DNA of 64,000 nt from Amoebophrya sp. A120 (Eukaryota; Protista; Dinoflagellata), in the NCBI GenBank assembly GCA_905178155.1, contig CAJINV010000013.1, positions 1,202,392 to 1,266,391 on the forward strand, in the 5' to 3' direction. Positions 1 through 11,341 of this stretch are shown piece after piece. The position numbers were made by a program, and so were the translations under genes. The notes under the pieces were generated by a model. That model ran no database searches. It was not told the origin of the DNA and saw only the letters and a program-made list of their open reading frames with translations. How positions within the stretch are numbered: the first letter of the stretch is position 1; each line of letters opens with the position of its first letter.

Positions 1-3000
1 TCTGCCCCGCCCCGCCGGCGACATCAAAATACCCGGAGTCCACCGGTGCGTACCCGAGCAAAATGTCACTCTCTGACTTCGCTTTACTCAAATTCGCGGC
101 GTTCGTCGCCTTCAGGTCGTCCAACGTCTGCAATAGCCCTTGTTCAGAGGGCGAAAACACGGGGAGTGAACGGTCATGGTTGATACCGCCTTGGGTGTTG
201 TTGGGCACGTTAACAACTTTCGGACTTTTCAGTCTGCTCGTGTTCTGGTTCAGTAAAACTTTCGTCCCTTGTGCTGCTCCTACTGTCCTCTGTTTAATAC
301 CAGAAGTGAAGCCCTTATTGGTTGCGTTCGAAGGTGTCGCACTTTTGGAGGCTCCAGCGTTCGCTGCGGCCGCGATGCAGCCGCGCATACTCGGCACAGC
401 GATCCCTACGTTGCTTCCGGGCGTTGTCGGCGCGGTGTTTATTTGACGCTGGTGTGCAGTAGTTGTGTTCGCCAAACCGCGACTTTCTGGCGTTTTCCTT
501 CCGAGTGAATAGCTGCTTGTTCCCAAGCCACTCAACAATGCTGTCCCAGCACCTCCCCCTCCGGCCGACACGAGTGGTACATTGCTCGGCAGCCCGTCAG
601 TCCGCGGCTTCGGACCGCCCTGCAGACGCAGCCGCATCGTGCCGGCCGCGGCCGTCGGGGCGCCGGTTAGGAGATTTATGTTGTGGCTTGTGGAAGAAAC
701 CAGAGTCTTAGTCGGCGAAACCGCGTTCCCAACACTGGCAATTCCGCTTTTCATCATATCACTGCGGAAATTTACGTTCTTTTCACTGTGGAAGTTCAAC
801 GCGCTCTCCGGCTCGAAAACGTCAAAATTTCGCAGCTTGTGCGGGGTGGTACGAGACAGGAACTCCTTTTCGCGGGAAACGTCGGGCAGCAGCTTCTTGC
901 TGCGGTTGGTGACATCTTCAGCTGATGCAGCTCCTGCTGCTGTTGAGCCGATCCCTACAGTTGCATTGGTTGTTGAAAAGCCTGTGCAGTTGTCCAGACT
1001 GCGCACAACATAGGCGGTCTCCTGCTTCCAGTAGTCCAGTTTCATTTTCTCGTCGTATTTGAAGCCGAGTCGCGGGGAAAAACCCACGACGTCAGCTTTC
1101 TCGAACAAATCGGGACGTTTCGCGTCCGTGTACCTAGTGAGGAAAGAACTACCTTGGTTCATCTTCGCTAGTGCCGTATTTTCACCTACTTCCCTTGGCG
1201 CTCCCTCCGTGGCTCTTTCGGCGTCGGTTTTGCTGTCGAGGTTCTTTGAAGCGCCCTCTTGTGGATTTTTGTCCGCCTCCGCGGTCGTGGATGAACCAGG
1301 AAAGGTCACCGTAGTTGCAGCTCCAGAATTAATCTTCTCCTCCACCACCACCCGTTGTGACCGGTACGCTGCGGGCGAGTACCGACTCACGTCACCGGTA
1401 TGGCCCTGTGGAAGTTTCGTCCGACCGCGCTTTTCGTCCTTTGCGCGCGCGCTGCCGGACCGGGGGGTGCGCGTACCTTCCGGTGGAAGTTGAAGAAGTA
1501 TGATGGGCATTGCACATCAAGACTACTACGCAATAGAAGCACGATCATGCATACGAAAAACAGCATGAAAATAAGGATAAGTTCTCTAGATCTAAAGTAC
1601 TGGCCGAGCTCATCGCCGGCGACAGCTTCTTCCTATCCGACATGAAGGTGTTGTCCAGCAACCCCGACTCAAAATTCGTCCTGGGCGAGGGCAGCGTCTT
1701 AGTGACGCGCACCGGTCGCTTGTGCCGGCCCGCGCCGATCGCGTTCACGGGGCGGTGGTGGTGCGGGTGGAGGTGGTGATGGTGTTGGTCGTAATGATGT
1801 GGCGCGATTTCCTGTTTTTTCCGATGTTGAGCGGGGTCGCCCGGCCCCCCAAAAGCGCCAACCACGGCGTTCGTCGAGTGCCACGAGGCGCAACTAGCAT
1901 CCAGTGGCACATTTTTCTGTTGACCCTGGGTATAATTTGTATGCATATGCCGATGAAGAACTTCCTCTGCTCGGTAGTGGCCGAAAGCGAAATCAGCCTC
2001 GTCCTCGAGCTTCTCGAGCACTTTCTATCAAATGTAAAAATGTCTGGGTCTGGAAGATTCTGACACTTGTCATGCACGTTTTGGATGAACCCTGATGTCT
2101 GTGATGCATGCCCTAGCAGCACAGATTTTTTGAGAGCTTCTTGATGCCTATTCCGCATGACAAATGCCCTCTCCGCGTAGCAAGAATTACATTCCCTTTG
2201 GCACTCATGCAATACAGATTTTTTTGGAATCCAAATGCAGCATTACAAGTTGGATTCTTCCAGACCCAGACATTTTTACATTTGATACTTTCACCCCGTT
2301 GACAAATTTGGGCAGCCAGTACCCGCTGTCCACACACAGCCACTTGTCGCTTATCCTGAGTAAAAATGTCCCCACACCAGAGTCAAGATGGCAAATCTGC
2401 TAGACAAATCTACAAGCTTTGGCTGTCTTGCATAACAAATTTGGACTCATAGCGTAGTGCTGTTTGAACTACCTCAGAAGCATCACAGATCTAACACATC
2501 ATGCTGATTGGAGCATGGCAAATTCCAAAACACGACTAGAAAATGCTTCTCATGGGGATCCGCATGAGAAACATTTTCAGCATGAGCATGCAGATTTGCA
2601 TTACAACTATGGTGTGGGGACGTTTTTCAATACGATATCGCTCTTGTCGAACATAGCCGTGACAATTTCGTTCCGCTTCACCCCGCACTTCTCCGCAGAG
2701 TCTTCGTTATCAAATGCAAATATGTCTGGGTCTGGAAATTTGTAATGCTGAGTTGTGAGGAGTGAACTCTCTGTAATGTTGCACAGCCAAGCATGAGAAA
2801 TTAATATTTGCGCTGCTTAGTGTTGATGCGCTTTCCGCATGACAAACTGCGTTCTGCATAACAGGCAACAGGGTCTCTTATTGGACACGCATCACAAACT
2901 TTTCAGTCATGTTGCCAGAGAAGCATGACAAATCTTGAATCCGTCCAGACCCAGACATTTTTGCAGTCGATATTCGTAGCTCGCTTTCAGTTTCCGCGGG

Positions 3001-6000
3001 TCGACGAGCAGCTGGGTCTCGTCCGGGTACTTGTAGTAGGGAATTGGGGTTATGGAAGTGCAAATGTACTTCCGGTTCTGGTTGCAGGATATCAGCATCT
3101 GTTTTCGCTGCTCAACAAGCTCGTTAGTATCAAGACTAGGCGACGTGGCCGCGCTGTGACTTGAAGAGGAAGGGTTGTTTGATATCGTAGGTGTTCCAGC
3201 TCCAAAGTGCTGGTAGTGAAATTGGTTCTTATGCAGGTCCCGCTTCGACGACGCAATCCCGCCAAAAACCTTCTGGCAGTAGCTTTCCAGGTGCTGTTTC
3301 GACTTCTGTTGGAACTTTTCGTGGTCGCGCGGCGTCACGTAGGTCAGGTAGTTTCTGTTCGTGTAATCCATCTTCCTGTTCATGGACTTTGTCTGCAGTA
3401 AGAACTTTCCCGCGGAATCGAACGCCCGCGACGCCTTGTACTGCGTCAACAACGTGCGGCAGTACAGCGTTTTGAAGTACCCCTGGACGCCCGCGATCGC
3501 TTTGGCCTGCTGCACTACGCGCAGCTCCCGCGCGGCCAGGACTGCTTTGTATCGCTTCCAGTTTCGCTGGAGTATCAGCGCCGCCCGGTTTTTCTTCACG
3601 TCGATGGCTAGCTTCCGGCAGTGCAAAACCTTGCACATCACGTTCAAATTCGTCATCGCCTTTTTTCTCCTTTCTTTCTCTTTGGCGAGCTTCAATTCCT
3701 TCAGCAACTTCCTTGCTTTCCGACACAAAATCGCGTTCAGAATCACCTCCTTTGCCCGCCGGATCTTCTTTAAGTACGCCCGAACGTTCCGCTGGATTTT
3801 GATCGCGGAAATGCGGTAAAACCGGAACCGCTCCTGCGCCCGGCCGAGGCAGCTGGTGAACAGGAAGAGAGATTTCAATTGCCGCACCCGCTTGATCTGC
3901 TTCTGGACCTGCTGCATCCGGATGAAGGCCTGCATCTGCCGGACCTTCTCGACGTCGCTTTCGAATTTCGCGATCACTTTCCGGCCCCGCAAACTGGCCT
4001 GAATCACGTTCGCCGCGGGCCGGAGCTGCTCCAACGCCAGCCGTTTCTGTTGCAGCAAAACCCGCTGTGCCGCACGGGTGAAGAAAACCTTTTGTGAGAT
4101 CAAGGTAGGGTTGAAGAACCAACGACGCAGAGGCGACCCCAACCAGGTACATAAAGCAACAAGAACGAAGAATGTTGAGCATTGGGATTCAAAAACTGCA
4201 CATCAGAAGCTGAACATGAAATTCATCAGTGAACCCAAACCTTTGCGCTCGCTGTCAAAACAGTGTACTCCTTTGCAGTAAGTACCATGGTCTTCCCCAC
4301 GAAGGCTGGTGGGTTTTGCTTCTTTTTGTTCGCCGTATCGTCCACCGAAGAACTACCCGCTTTTTCTTCCCCGACCAGCCCAGACTTCAAGAGCCATGCG
4401 ACGATGTCTTCGGTCGCTTTTTTACACATCGCGTCATCCATTTTTGTTGGATCGAGGCCACAACTTCGACTGGCAGTGGTGGTGCCTGCTTCTGTTCCGC
4501 TCTTCGTACTATCTCCCGCTTGATTCTGTTGTTCCCCAACAGACTGACAGCTGACGAGCAATAGAGGGAAGAACTCCTTTTCCGAAACGAATTCCCGGAA
4601 GCTGGTGCGGTAAGCATAGCCTTTTCTCCTGAGTTGTATGCTATCCAATATCGACAACGACTGTAACTGCTGCAAAACCATTTTTGGTTCGAACAGCAGC
4701 GGTTTTTTAAGCCGGTTCGGCTTGATGCAGCGCACGAAGTGTCCCCTATCAAATGCAAAAGTGTCTAGGTCTGGAGACTTGTGATGCTAAAATGTGCATG
4801 ATGAAAACACTTCCGAATGCAGTCCGGCATGACAACCTCCCAAAACGCTTTCTCATAGGCAATCCGCATGAGAAACTGCGTTTTTGCATGACAAAAGAGG
4901 CTGCGACTTTTGTTGGTTATGGAATACAGATTTTCTCGGTATGCGTATAGAACGCTAGCATTACAAGTCCCAACCTTCCAGACCCAGACATTTTTACAAT
5001 CCATATCCCCGCGCCTGGTTCAATTTCGTCATCAAATTTTCCATCGACCGCGAAAACTGTGCCCCGATGAACGACGGCTTCGGCTCTTTCTTGGAGGCTA
5101 ATGCGGTCGTAGAACCAGCCTGCTGTTCGCGTTCAGCGAACGTGGATTTCGTTGCGTCTCCTGCCGCGGCGTTACTCATCGTCCCGTTCTCGTTGAGCTG
5201 AAAAGCCTCTTTCAACAGCGTGTTTTCACTCATTTTCAGCAGCTGCAGTAGACTCGGGTCGAGCAAGTCCATATTTTTGTTCCGAAAATCTTTCGCTGTG
5301 TAAGAAACCACAGCCGAGCCGTGCAAGATCGTGAAGCACTCGCGCTCGCGGGCGGAAAATTTTGGCTTCAGCAAGTACACTTCCGACGGCGGTGCAGCTG
5401 CACCACCAGCATTACTCCCACCTCCTCCGCCAGATGAAAACGTCTTGTTCACTTTGTTGCAAAAAGCTTCGTCAGACCCTTTCGACAGCAGGCACTGCTC
5501 CTCCAGAAACTGTAAAATGCCCGGATTTTTCTTCTCCTTCGGGTTATCCATCAGTTTGATGATCCCAGTGTTGTCTTTGTACAAGGACTGCGTTTTATTT
5601 CCGTCTTCGCCGCCTTGATCAAACACGATCGGGCAGTTTTCCCGTTTCAACAGCGCAATTTCCTCCTCAAAAACGTGTTTCAAGAAGAATTGCTGCAGCC
5701 TTTCGTTTGCAAAGTTGATGAAAAACTGCTCCAGCGAGTTTTGTTGGAAGTATTCGAAGCCAAAAATGTCCAGAATGCCCACCCACTTCTTCACTTCCTT
5801 CGTCTTCGCGTCCGGCTGGATCTTCTCGTTCAACTTGTAGATCAAATGTTTGAACAGCTGTTCGTACACCCCCCTCGCGACAGAGAGAATCATGTCTTTT
5901 GCGGACTCCTGGGTCCGCGGCGTGTAGGTGACGGAGCCCGTCGGCATCTTCCGCATCTTCAAAGAGATCGCTTTTACCGCCAGGCCCTGCGAGCAAGCAG

Positions 6001-8346
6001 TGGGAAGATCATTCAGAATGAGAACCCTATAATGAATTTTTCATGCTAAGTGCACAAGATGAGAGTTTTGCACTTCGCAGGGAGGATTAGACTGACTTTG
6101 TGATGCAGCTGCACACCGCACCAGACAAAAAAAAACTGCACAATACCTTGTCAATCCCCAGCAACTCGCAAATGTCCTCCAAGTCCCTCTCGTTGTCGCA
6201 AATTGGCGGGGAATCACTGTCAGTGTCGTCGTCGTGAAATTTCACGTTCCCGCACCGCAGCACCGCAGAGAGTAATTTCCACAGCTCCGGCAGATCCTTC
6301 TCCTCGTCATAGCCGATCGCGGAGAAGGCTGGTAGCACCGACCGGAGGAAAATCTCGCCGTCGTCCATGCCGATGACTTTCGTGGCTGAATTCTTTAAAA
6401 TCTCGTACTTTTCGTAGCAGTCATTGAGCAGCTTCGCGGATCTTTTTTCCGAATCCTCCAACCCCTCGAGGATTTGGTAGAAAATGTGGTAGCACCGCTC
6501 GTTCGCGGTGGTGGTTGAAACCACCCGGGACTTTTCTAGCAAATAGCACTCCACGTACCCCGCTGTGATGCCGCCCGAGGTGGCTGAATGTTTAATATTG
6601 TGCAGCTGTTCTCCTTCTGCCGTGCCACTGCAGCTTTTGTTGCGCGTGCGGCGATTGGCTTTCGACGGTCTGTTCGCTGAAGCGGCACTGTCAAAACTGT
6701 GCAATTCTTCTGATCCCACGTAGAGCTCCACAAACCTCCCAAAGCGGCTGCTGTTGTCGTTGCGCTCGGTTTTCGCATTCCCAAAAGCTTCCAAAAGGGG
6801 ATTGGCGCGCATGATTGCGTCCTGGATCGCGCTGTAGTGTTCGGACTTCTTCTGCTTCATTTTCTCCAGCTCGAGATCCTCTGAGCCGCCGTCGGAGGAG
6901 GAGTCAGAATGCTCTTCCTCCTCGTCGCTTTCAGCAAGTTCTGCTCCGTTTCCAGTCGTTCTGTTGTTTTCCTGTTCATCTTCCGGCTCCACGTCCTCCG
7001 CAACGTACTCATGTGGCTCGTGCGTCAGGTCCTGTGATGCGAGGAAAGAGAAACGGCTGCCGCGCATCAGGTGATTTTTCTTCGATGCTTGCTCATCTGC
7101 CTCTTCATCTTCGACCCCGTCTTCCGCTTGATCCTTGATTGCCTTTGGAACGTTGCTTCCGCTGTCTTGCTCCTTGTCTTTTGCCGCACCGCGCCCGGCG
7201 ACGGACTTTCGCTCTCGTCCAGCAGCTGCCCCTGTGCCCTGCAATGAATGAGGACTTTGAAATTTGATACATGTGTCCTGTCAAAAAATCTACATCGTGT
7301 ACATACGAGAGATAGCACCACAGCCTTTTGGGCGGCAAAAAAACGACGCAACACGGACACTGATCTAACAAAATAAGTACCAGAACCATCTCAGTGGCGA
7401 AGTATTTCATGATGTGTTTCGTCGTTTCCGTCTTTCCCGCGCCGGACTCGCCGGAAATGATGAACGAAATGTTGCAATTTTCCTGCAGTTGCGCCTGCCA
7501 CGCGGTGCGGCACAGGTCGAACACATGCGGCTCGACGGTCGACAGGTCTACGGCACCTTCACCACCTCTCGTCCCCCTGTGGTCATCATGACTCCCTTGT
7601 TTACCAGCCGCTGAAGCCCGCCCAGTACCCGGTATTACATTCGCGTTCGGAGCTGTAGGAGCACTGCTCAGTTGATGGTACTGCTGGATAATCTCGGTGC
7701 TAGTGTTGTTCAAATTTTCATACGGGTTCAGAATCACAACCATGGGCTTCACAAAACTGTAGATCTTGTTCTCGTAGTAACGCTGCCGCAAACAGTCCAA
7801 AACTGCAGCGTCGTTCGCGAACGGCAACTTCAGGATGTCGCCGGTATTTGCCGCGCCGGCAGCGAGTTGCAATTTGCCAGCCGCATCGTCGGCACCACCA
7901 GCTTTAGAAGATTTCGACGCCGCGGCTACAGGACTTTCGTTGACATTCCGGCAGTCCCGGAGGTCAAAATTCTCGAGAATTTTCGAGCTGGACGATAACC
8001 CCCCGGGGACCAAACCCGCATCCCGCGGGTAGCATTCCAGTGTCGCAAGGATGGGCTTCGAAACAGAGAGGTCCTCGAGGGCGAAGTCTTGTTGACTCGG
8101 TGGAGCGTAGTTCTTAGCGTCCTGCTGCTCTCCTCCAGCGACATCATTCAGTTCGTTCAAGCTTCTAATCACCGCTTTTTCGAAAGCCTCGCAGGTGATG
8201 GAGTCCTTCTCGTCCGCGATGGGTACCCAAACCTCGGTACCGACAAGTTCCCTCCTCGTGGCAGCCGAGTCCAGCCCGAGGAGGAACGAGTGCCGCCGGA
8301 TCTCGGCCGACTTATTCGAGGCTTTGCTCTGCTGGAGGTGCGACAT
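1..8346 (-). CDS. Myosin heavy chain (motor, several IQ motifs, long tail); multi-exon, probably runs off the left edge
   Basis: Motifs GESGAGKTETTK, ANPLLEAFGNAKTERNDNSSRFGRF, YLLEKSRV, ILDIFGFE, NSLEQFFINFANERLQ, HFVRCIKPN (restored after removing 4747-5005), and IQ motifs IQASLRG, IQRNVRAY, LQRNWKRY. Predicted GT-AG introns at 7239-7380, 5987-6146 and 4089-4285. Four TIR elements interrupt it. It either stops at 1545 or continues through a GT-AG intron (1477-1600) into a stop-free frame reaching position 1. Confidence 0.93.
2026..2287. mobile_element. Family A TIR intronic element (introner-like), 262 bp
   Basis: Perfect 32-bp TIR TATCAAATGTAAAAATGTCTGGGTCTGGAAGA; TSD CTTTC at 2021-2025 and 2288-2292. 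Removal gives WLPKFVNGVKVLEKLEDE. Confidence 0.95.
2352..2637. mobile_element. Family B TIR intronic element, 286 bp
   Basis: Imperfect TIR TATCCTGAGTAAAAATGTCCCCACACCA / TATCGTATTGAAAAACGTCCCCACACCA; TSD TCGCT. Removal gives VTAMFDKSDKWLCVD. Confidence 0.92.
2708..2972. mobile_element. Family A TIR intronic element, 265 bp, inverted relative to 2026-2287
   Basis: TIR TATCAAATGCAAATATGTCTGGGTCTGGA; TSD TTCGT. Removal gives PRKLKASYEDSAEKCG. Confidence 0.92.
4747..5005. mobile_element. Family A TIR intronic element, 259 bp
   Basis: Family A TIRs; TSD TCCCC. Removal restores the myosin motif LNQARGHFVRCIKPN. Confidence 0.95.
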
Positions 8347-9230
8347 TTTGTCACAGGCAGGCTAGCTTAAACTCGAGGTCCTCCTGCTGACATCAGGTCG
8401 ATTTTAGACAAAACATCGGTAACGTAGTACTATCCAGTGTCGTAATCGCGGCAAGAATGCTGCTTTTTCTTGCTTTTCATGTTCTCTAAAATGAAAGCCG
8501 CAGAAGTAAGTAAGCATCCTCAAGTGAATTGTAGGCTAAAATCGTGATCAGTCTCCACACGACGCCGCGCACTTGCAGTGATGTGACACAACTAAGTACT
8601 TTCTACAAGCCGAAACCTTCTACTTCATTCAGTAAGCACTACCACACCAGCATTATTGGCTTTAATACAACTGCAGCTTTCGCAACGACTCACAAACACA
8701 ACCTGCTGCACCGGCCGCGAACACATGAGCAGCGAAAGTCAGGACTGCACGATGCGAAAGACGAGCAATGAATGTCGTCTGTACGCAACACCCCAAGGAG
8801 CTTGTGCGGTGGATATCTTCTGAGGCACATCCACGTTGCGTTGGAGGAAGGAACTGTCCCTAGTACGCATGTGCATTGCCGAAATTAGTACCATCACCTT
8901 GTTGCGAGCTCGGCGGAAGATGACAGTTTGCACTTGAGTGCGTCAGCGTCAAGCTCCGCCTCAAGCTCTGTGTTTCTTTCTTGATGGAATGAAACCCAGC
9001 TGTACTTTGTCTGTGCTACAGCAGAATGACATGAGCCTTGTCTGTGCATCCTAACTCGCTGAGTCTTCAGCAGGTGGAAAAAAGAAAAACGCGACTTTTG
9101 CAATTCCGAAAGAAACCGTTCATATGAAACATACTTCATAACGACAATCTCCGCCCCAGTATGAGGACTTTGAAACCCGAACGAGGTGAATATCAGCGAC
9201 CAAAACTAGGAAAAGGTCCCTCTTGCCGTA

Positions 9231-10409
9231 TCATACATTATCCGCACTTGTCCTCGCCGTGGTGCTTGCTGTCGGTGGTGGCGATGTAGTTCCTGCCGTC
9301 GCAGCAGCGCCGTAGCTGTAGTTTCCCCGGTTTTCGTCATCCACACCCATTGCTTTCTCCAGCGCACCGGACTCATCATCGTCTTCGTCAAAGACGCAAG
9401 CACAACTATTCGCCAAATACTCCAGGGAAAACCAGATCGGCAGCCGGAAAGCAAAGAAGATTGCTGCACAGAGGAACGTGTGCCACTTCAGCCACCAGAT
9501 AAAACTGACCGGGTCCCGCTGGTTCTGCAGGGACTTCGGGTACAGGTAGTAACTCAAGTACAGAAAAGCGGCCAGGTTCAGGAGGCCGGAGCAGGATTCG
9601 ATCTGTAAGGAGTGGTTTGCTTGCGCTTGCGATCATTTCTGGCGAAGCATGGATTCTCCCTGCAGAAAGTGCACAAATGATAATGAAAAAATCAAAGGTT
9701 AAGTAAACGATGATCAGGAGAAATCAACATCATATTCCTTTTATTGTACCAGCATCGTGTTTTTGCTTTCTTCGTGGTACCGTGTAAGAACCAATCGCAG
9801 AAAGGACGCCTTTTTGTTCCCAGTCGCGGTCTGCTGACTCTGCGCCTCTAGTTCGTCTTCTTCGTTATCCACATCGGCACCCCCGGGGAGGAAGGAAGCG
9901 AGCAGTTTTTCCCGAAAGTTTTTCTGCTTCTCCGCCTCCGAACTGGAATTTTTTGCAACCCCCAACTTCTTCTCGGCCCACTTGTGAATATGATTGCCGA
10001 AGAAGGCGTAGAAACCGAGCAGCACGACGGCGATTGAGTGGAGAATTTTCGCAGACACGCTGACCTTCGGAAACAAGCCCATCGCAGCAAAGATTTTCAG
10101 GTGGTGCCAGAAGAGGAAGGTGAGGAAGTAGCATATCCCGGCAATGACCCAGACAAGGATTAGCAAGGCGGCAGAAACCAGGGTGATAATTGCCGTTGCA
10201 AAGAAAATCACGAGAGCGGTGCGAGTGGTACGATCGACAATCACGTCTTTCAGATCTGCATTTAATCCTGATATGCCAGAAGTCCGGGTCGCTGCATTGG
10301 TTGTACTATCGTCTGCACTTCTAGTTTGCTCTCCATCGCCCGTCGCAGACGCAAGGAGCTCGGCGCTGGCCTTGCGCAAAAGCCGGTGGTACGTAGACGT
10401 TGTCGCCAT
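9231..10409 (-). CDS. Multi-pass membrane protein of unknown function, 2 exons
   Basis: ORFs 9741-10409 and 9231-9557 join in frame through a GT-AG intron at 9603-9749 (ESKNTML|IESCSGLLNLAAF). Several hydrophobic segments. Confidence 0.65.
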
Positions 10410-10931
10410 TTCCCTCTACTGACGAGGATGAACCACGGAGTGCAAGAAAACGAGGAGGAGTTTTTTGCACTCCCGAAAACGAGGAACGGTCACCTCTTCA
10501 TCAAAGGCGGCATCTTTTTTGGGAGTTTTCAGCCGTTGTAGGCAACGGCTACGGCTCGGCCACCTGCATGCAGTGACGCATCTGAAGAGGCACAAAGCCA
10601 AAAAGAATCACTCCTGTGCGACTCACCATTTGTGGTCAACACGAGTGCGAAGTGGTTGGTCCAGCATGATTGAGTGAAACGACCATTCCCATATGCAGCT
10701 TTTCTGCTCTACAACTTTTAATCACCTGTCACGATTTGCTGGCCGATAGATACCAGATAAACCGCCATTCCGGCGTACTGATTCAAGATATAAGAGTCGT
10801 CACAAGTGGAACAAGATCGAGTGAAGACTCAATACGTTGAACCTCGACATCGGTACCACAGCAGCAGTCTGCAAACCGCCTGCCGCTAACTTATTCGGGA
10901 AAGACGAGTGAGGTAATAATGTTTCTTTTCA

Positions 10932-11049
10932 AGCGGTTTCTGTAAGTACGAACCAACTCGTGATAAAAAATCAGCGAATTGTGTACTTTTGAGTAGTCTT
11001 TTTTACAGCGGTTTCTGAAAATACGAACCAACTCGTGATAAAAAATCAG
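10932..11049. repeat. Intergenic direct duplication of about 43 bp
   Basis: AGCGGTTTCTG(T/A)AA(G/A)TACGAACCAACTCGTGATAAAAAATCAG at about 10932 and 11007. Confidence 0.8.
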
Positions 11050-11341
11050 TAAGTTGTCGTGTACTTACTTGCTAGTAACCACTCCCAAACAAAGTACTTA
11101 AGCAGCTCACGACAAGGATGGCCTTGTTCTGCTATGGAATGCATCACCTTGTCTGGACCACCAGACAGGCGCTCGTCGACCACATATCACTGCAACGCCA
11201 AATCGCTTGCTTGAGCTTTTCTTGTTGAGCAGTGGTTGAGATTTCACGCTCTTGACAGCCAAGACTTCATCTGTCGTAGGCAAAACAAGAGATTGGTCGG
11301 TTCTGTCCTAAAATGTTTTTCACAGGACGAGCGGATCAAAA

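Noticed and set aside
2026-2287. Assigning the elements to a named DNA transposon superfamily
   Set aside because: TA-starting TIRs with variable 5-bp TSDs do not clearly match a superfamily I can justify without an autonomous copy.
1745-2403. Recurrent peptides such as NVKMSGSGR, KCKNVWVWK and LPDPDIFTFD in many ORFs (also near 25400-26000 and 60100-61000) as a protein family or transposase
   Set aside because: They are translations of the family A TIR in different frames. The elements are about 260 bp and show no transposase motif.
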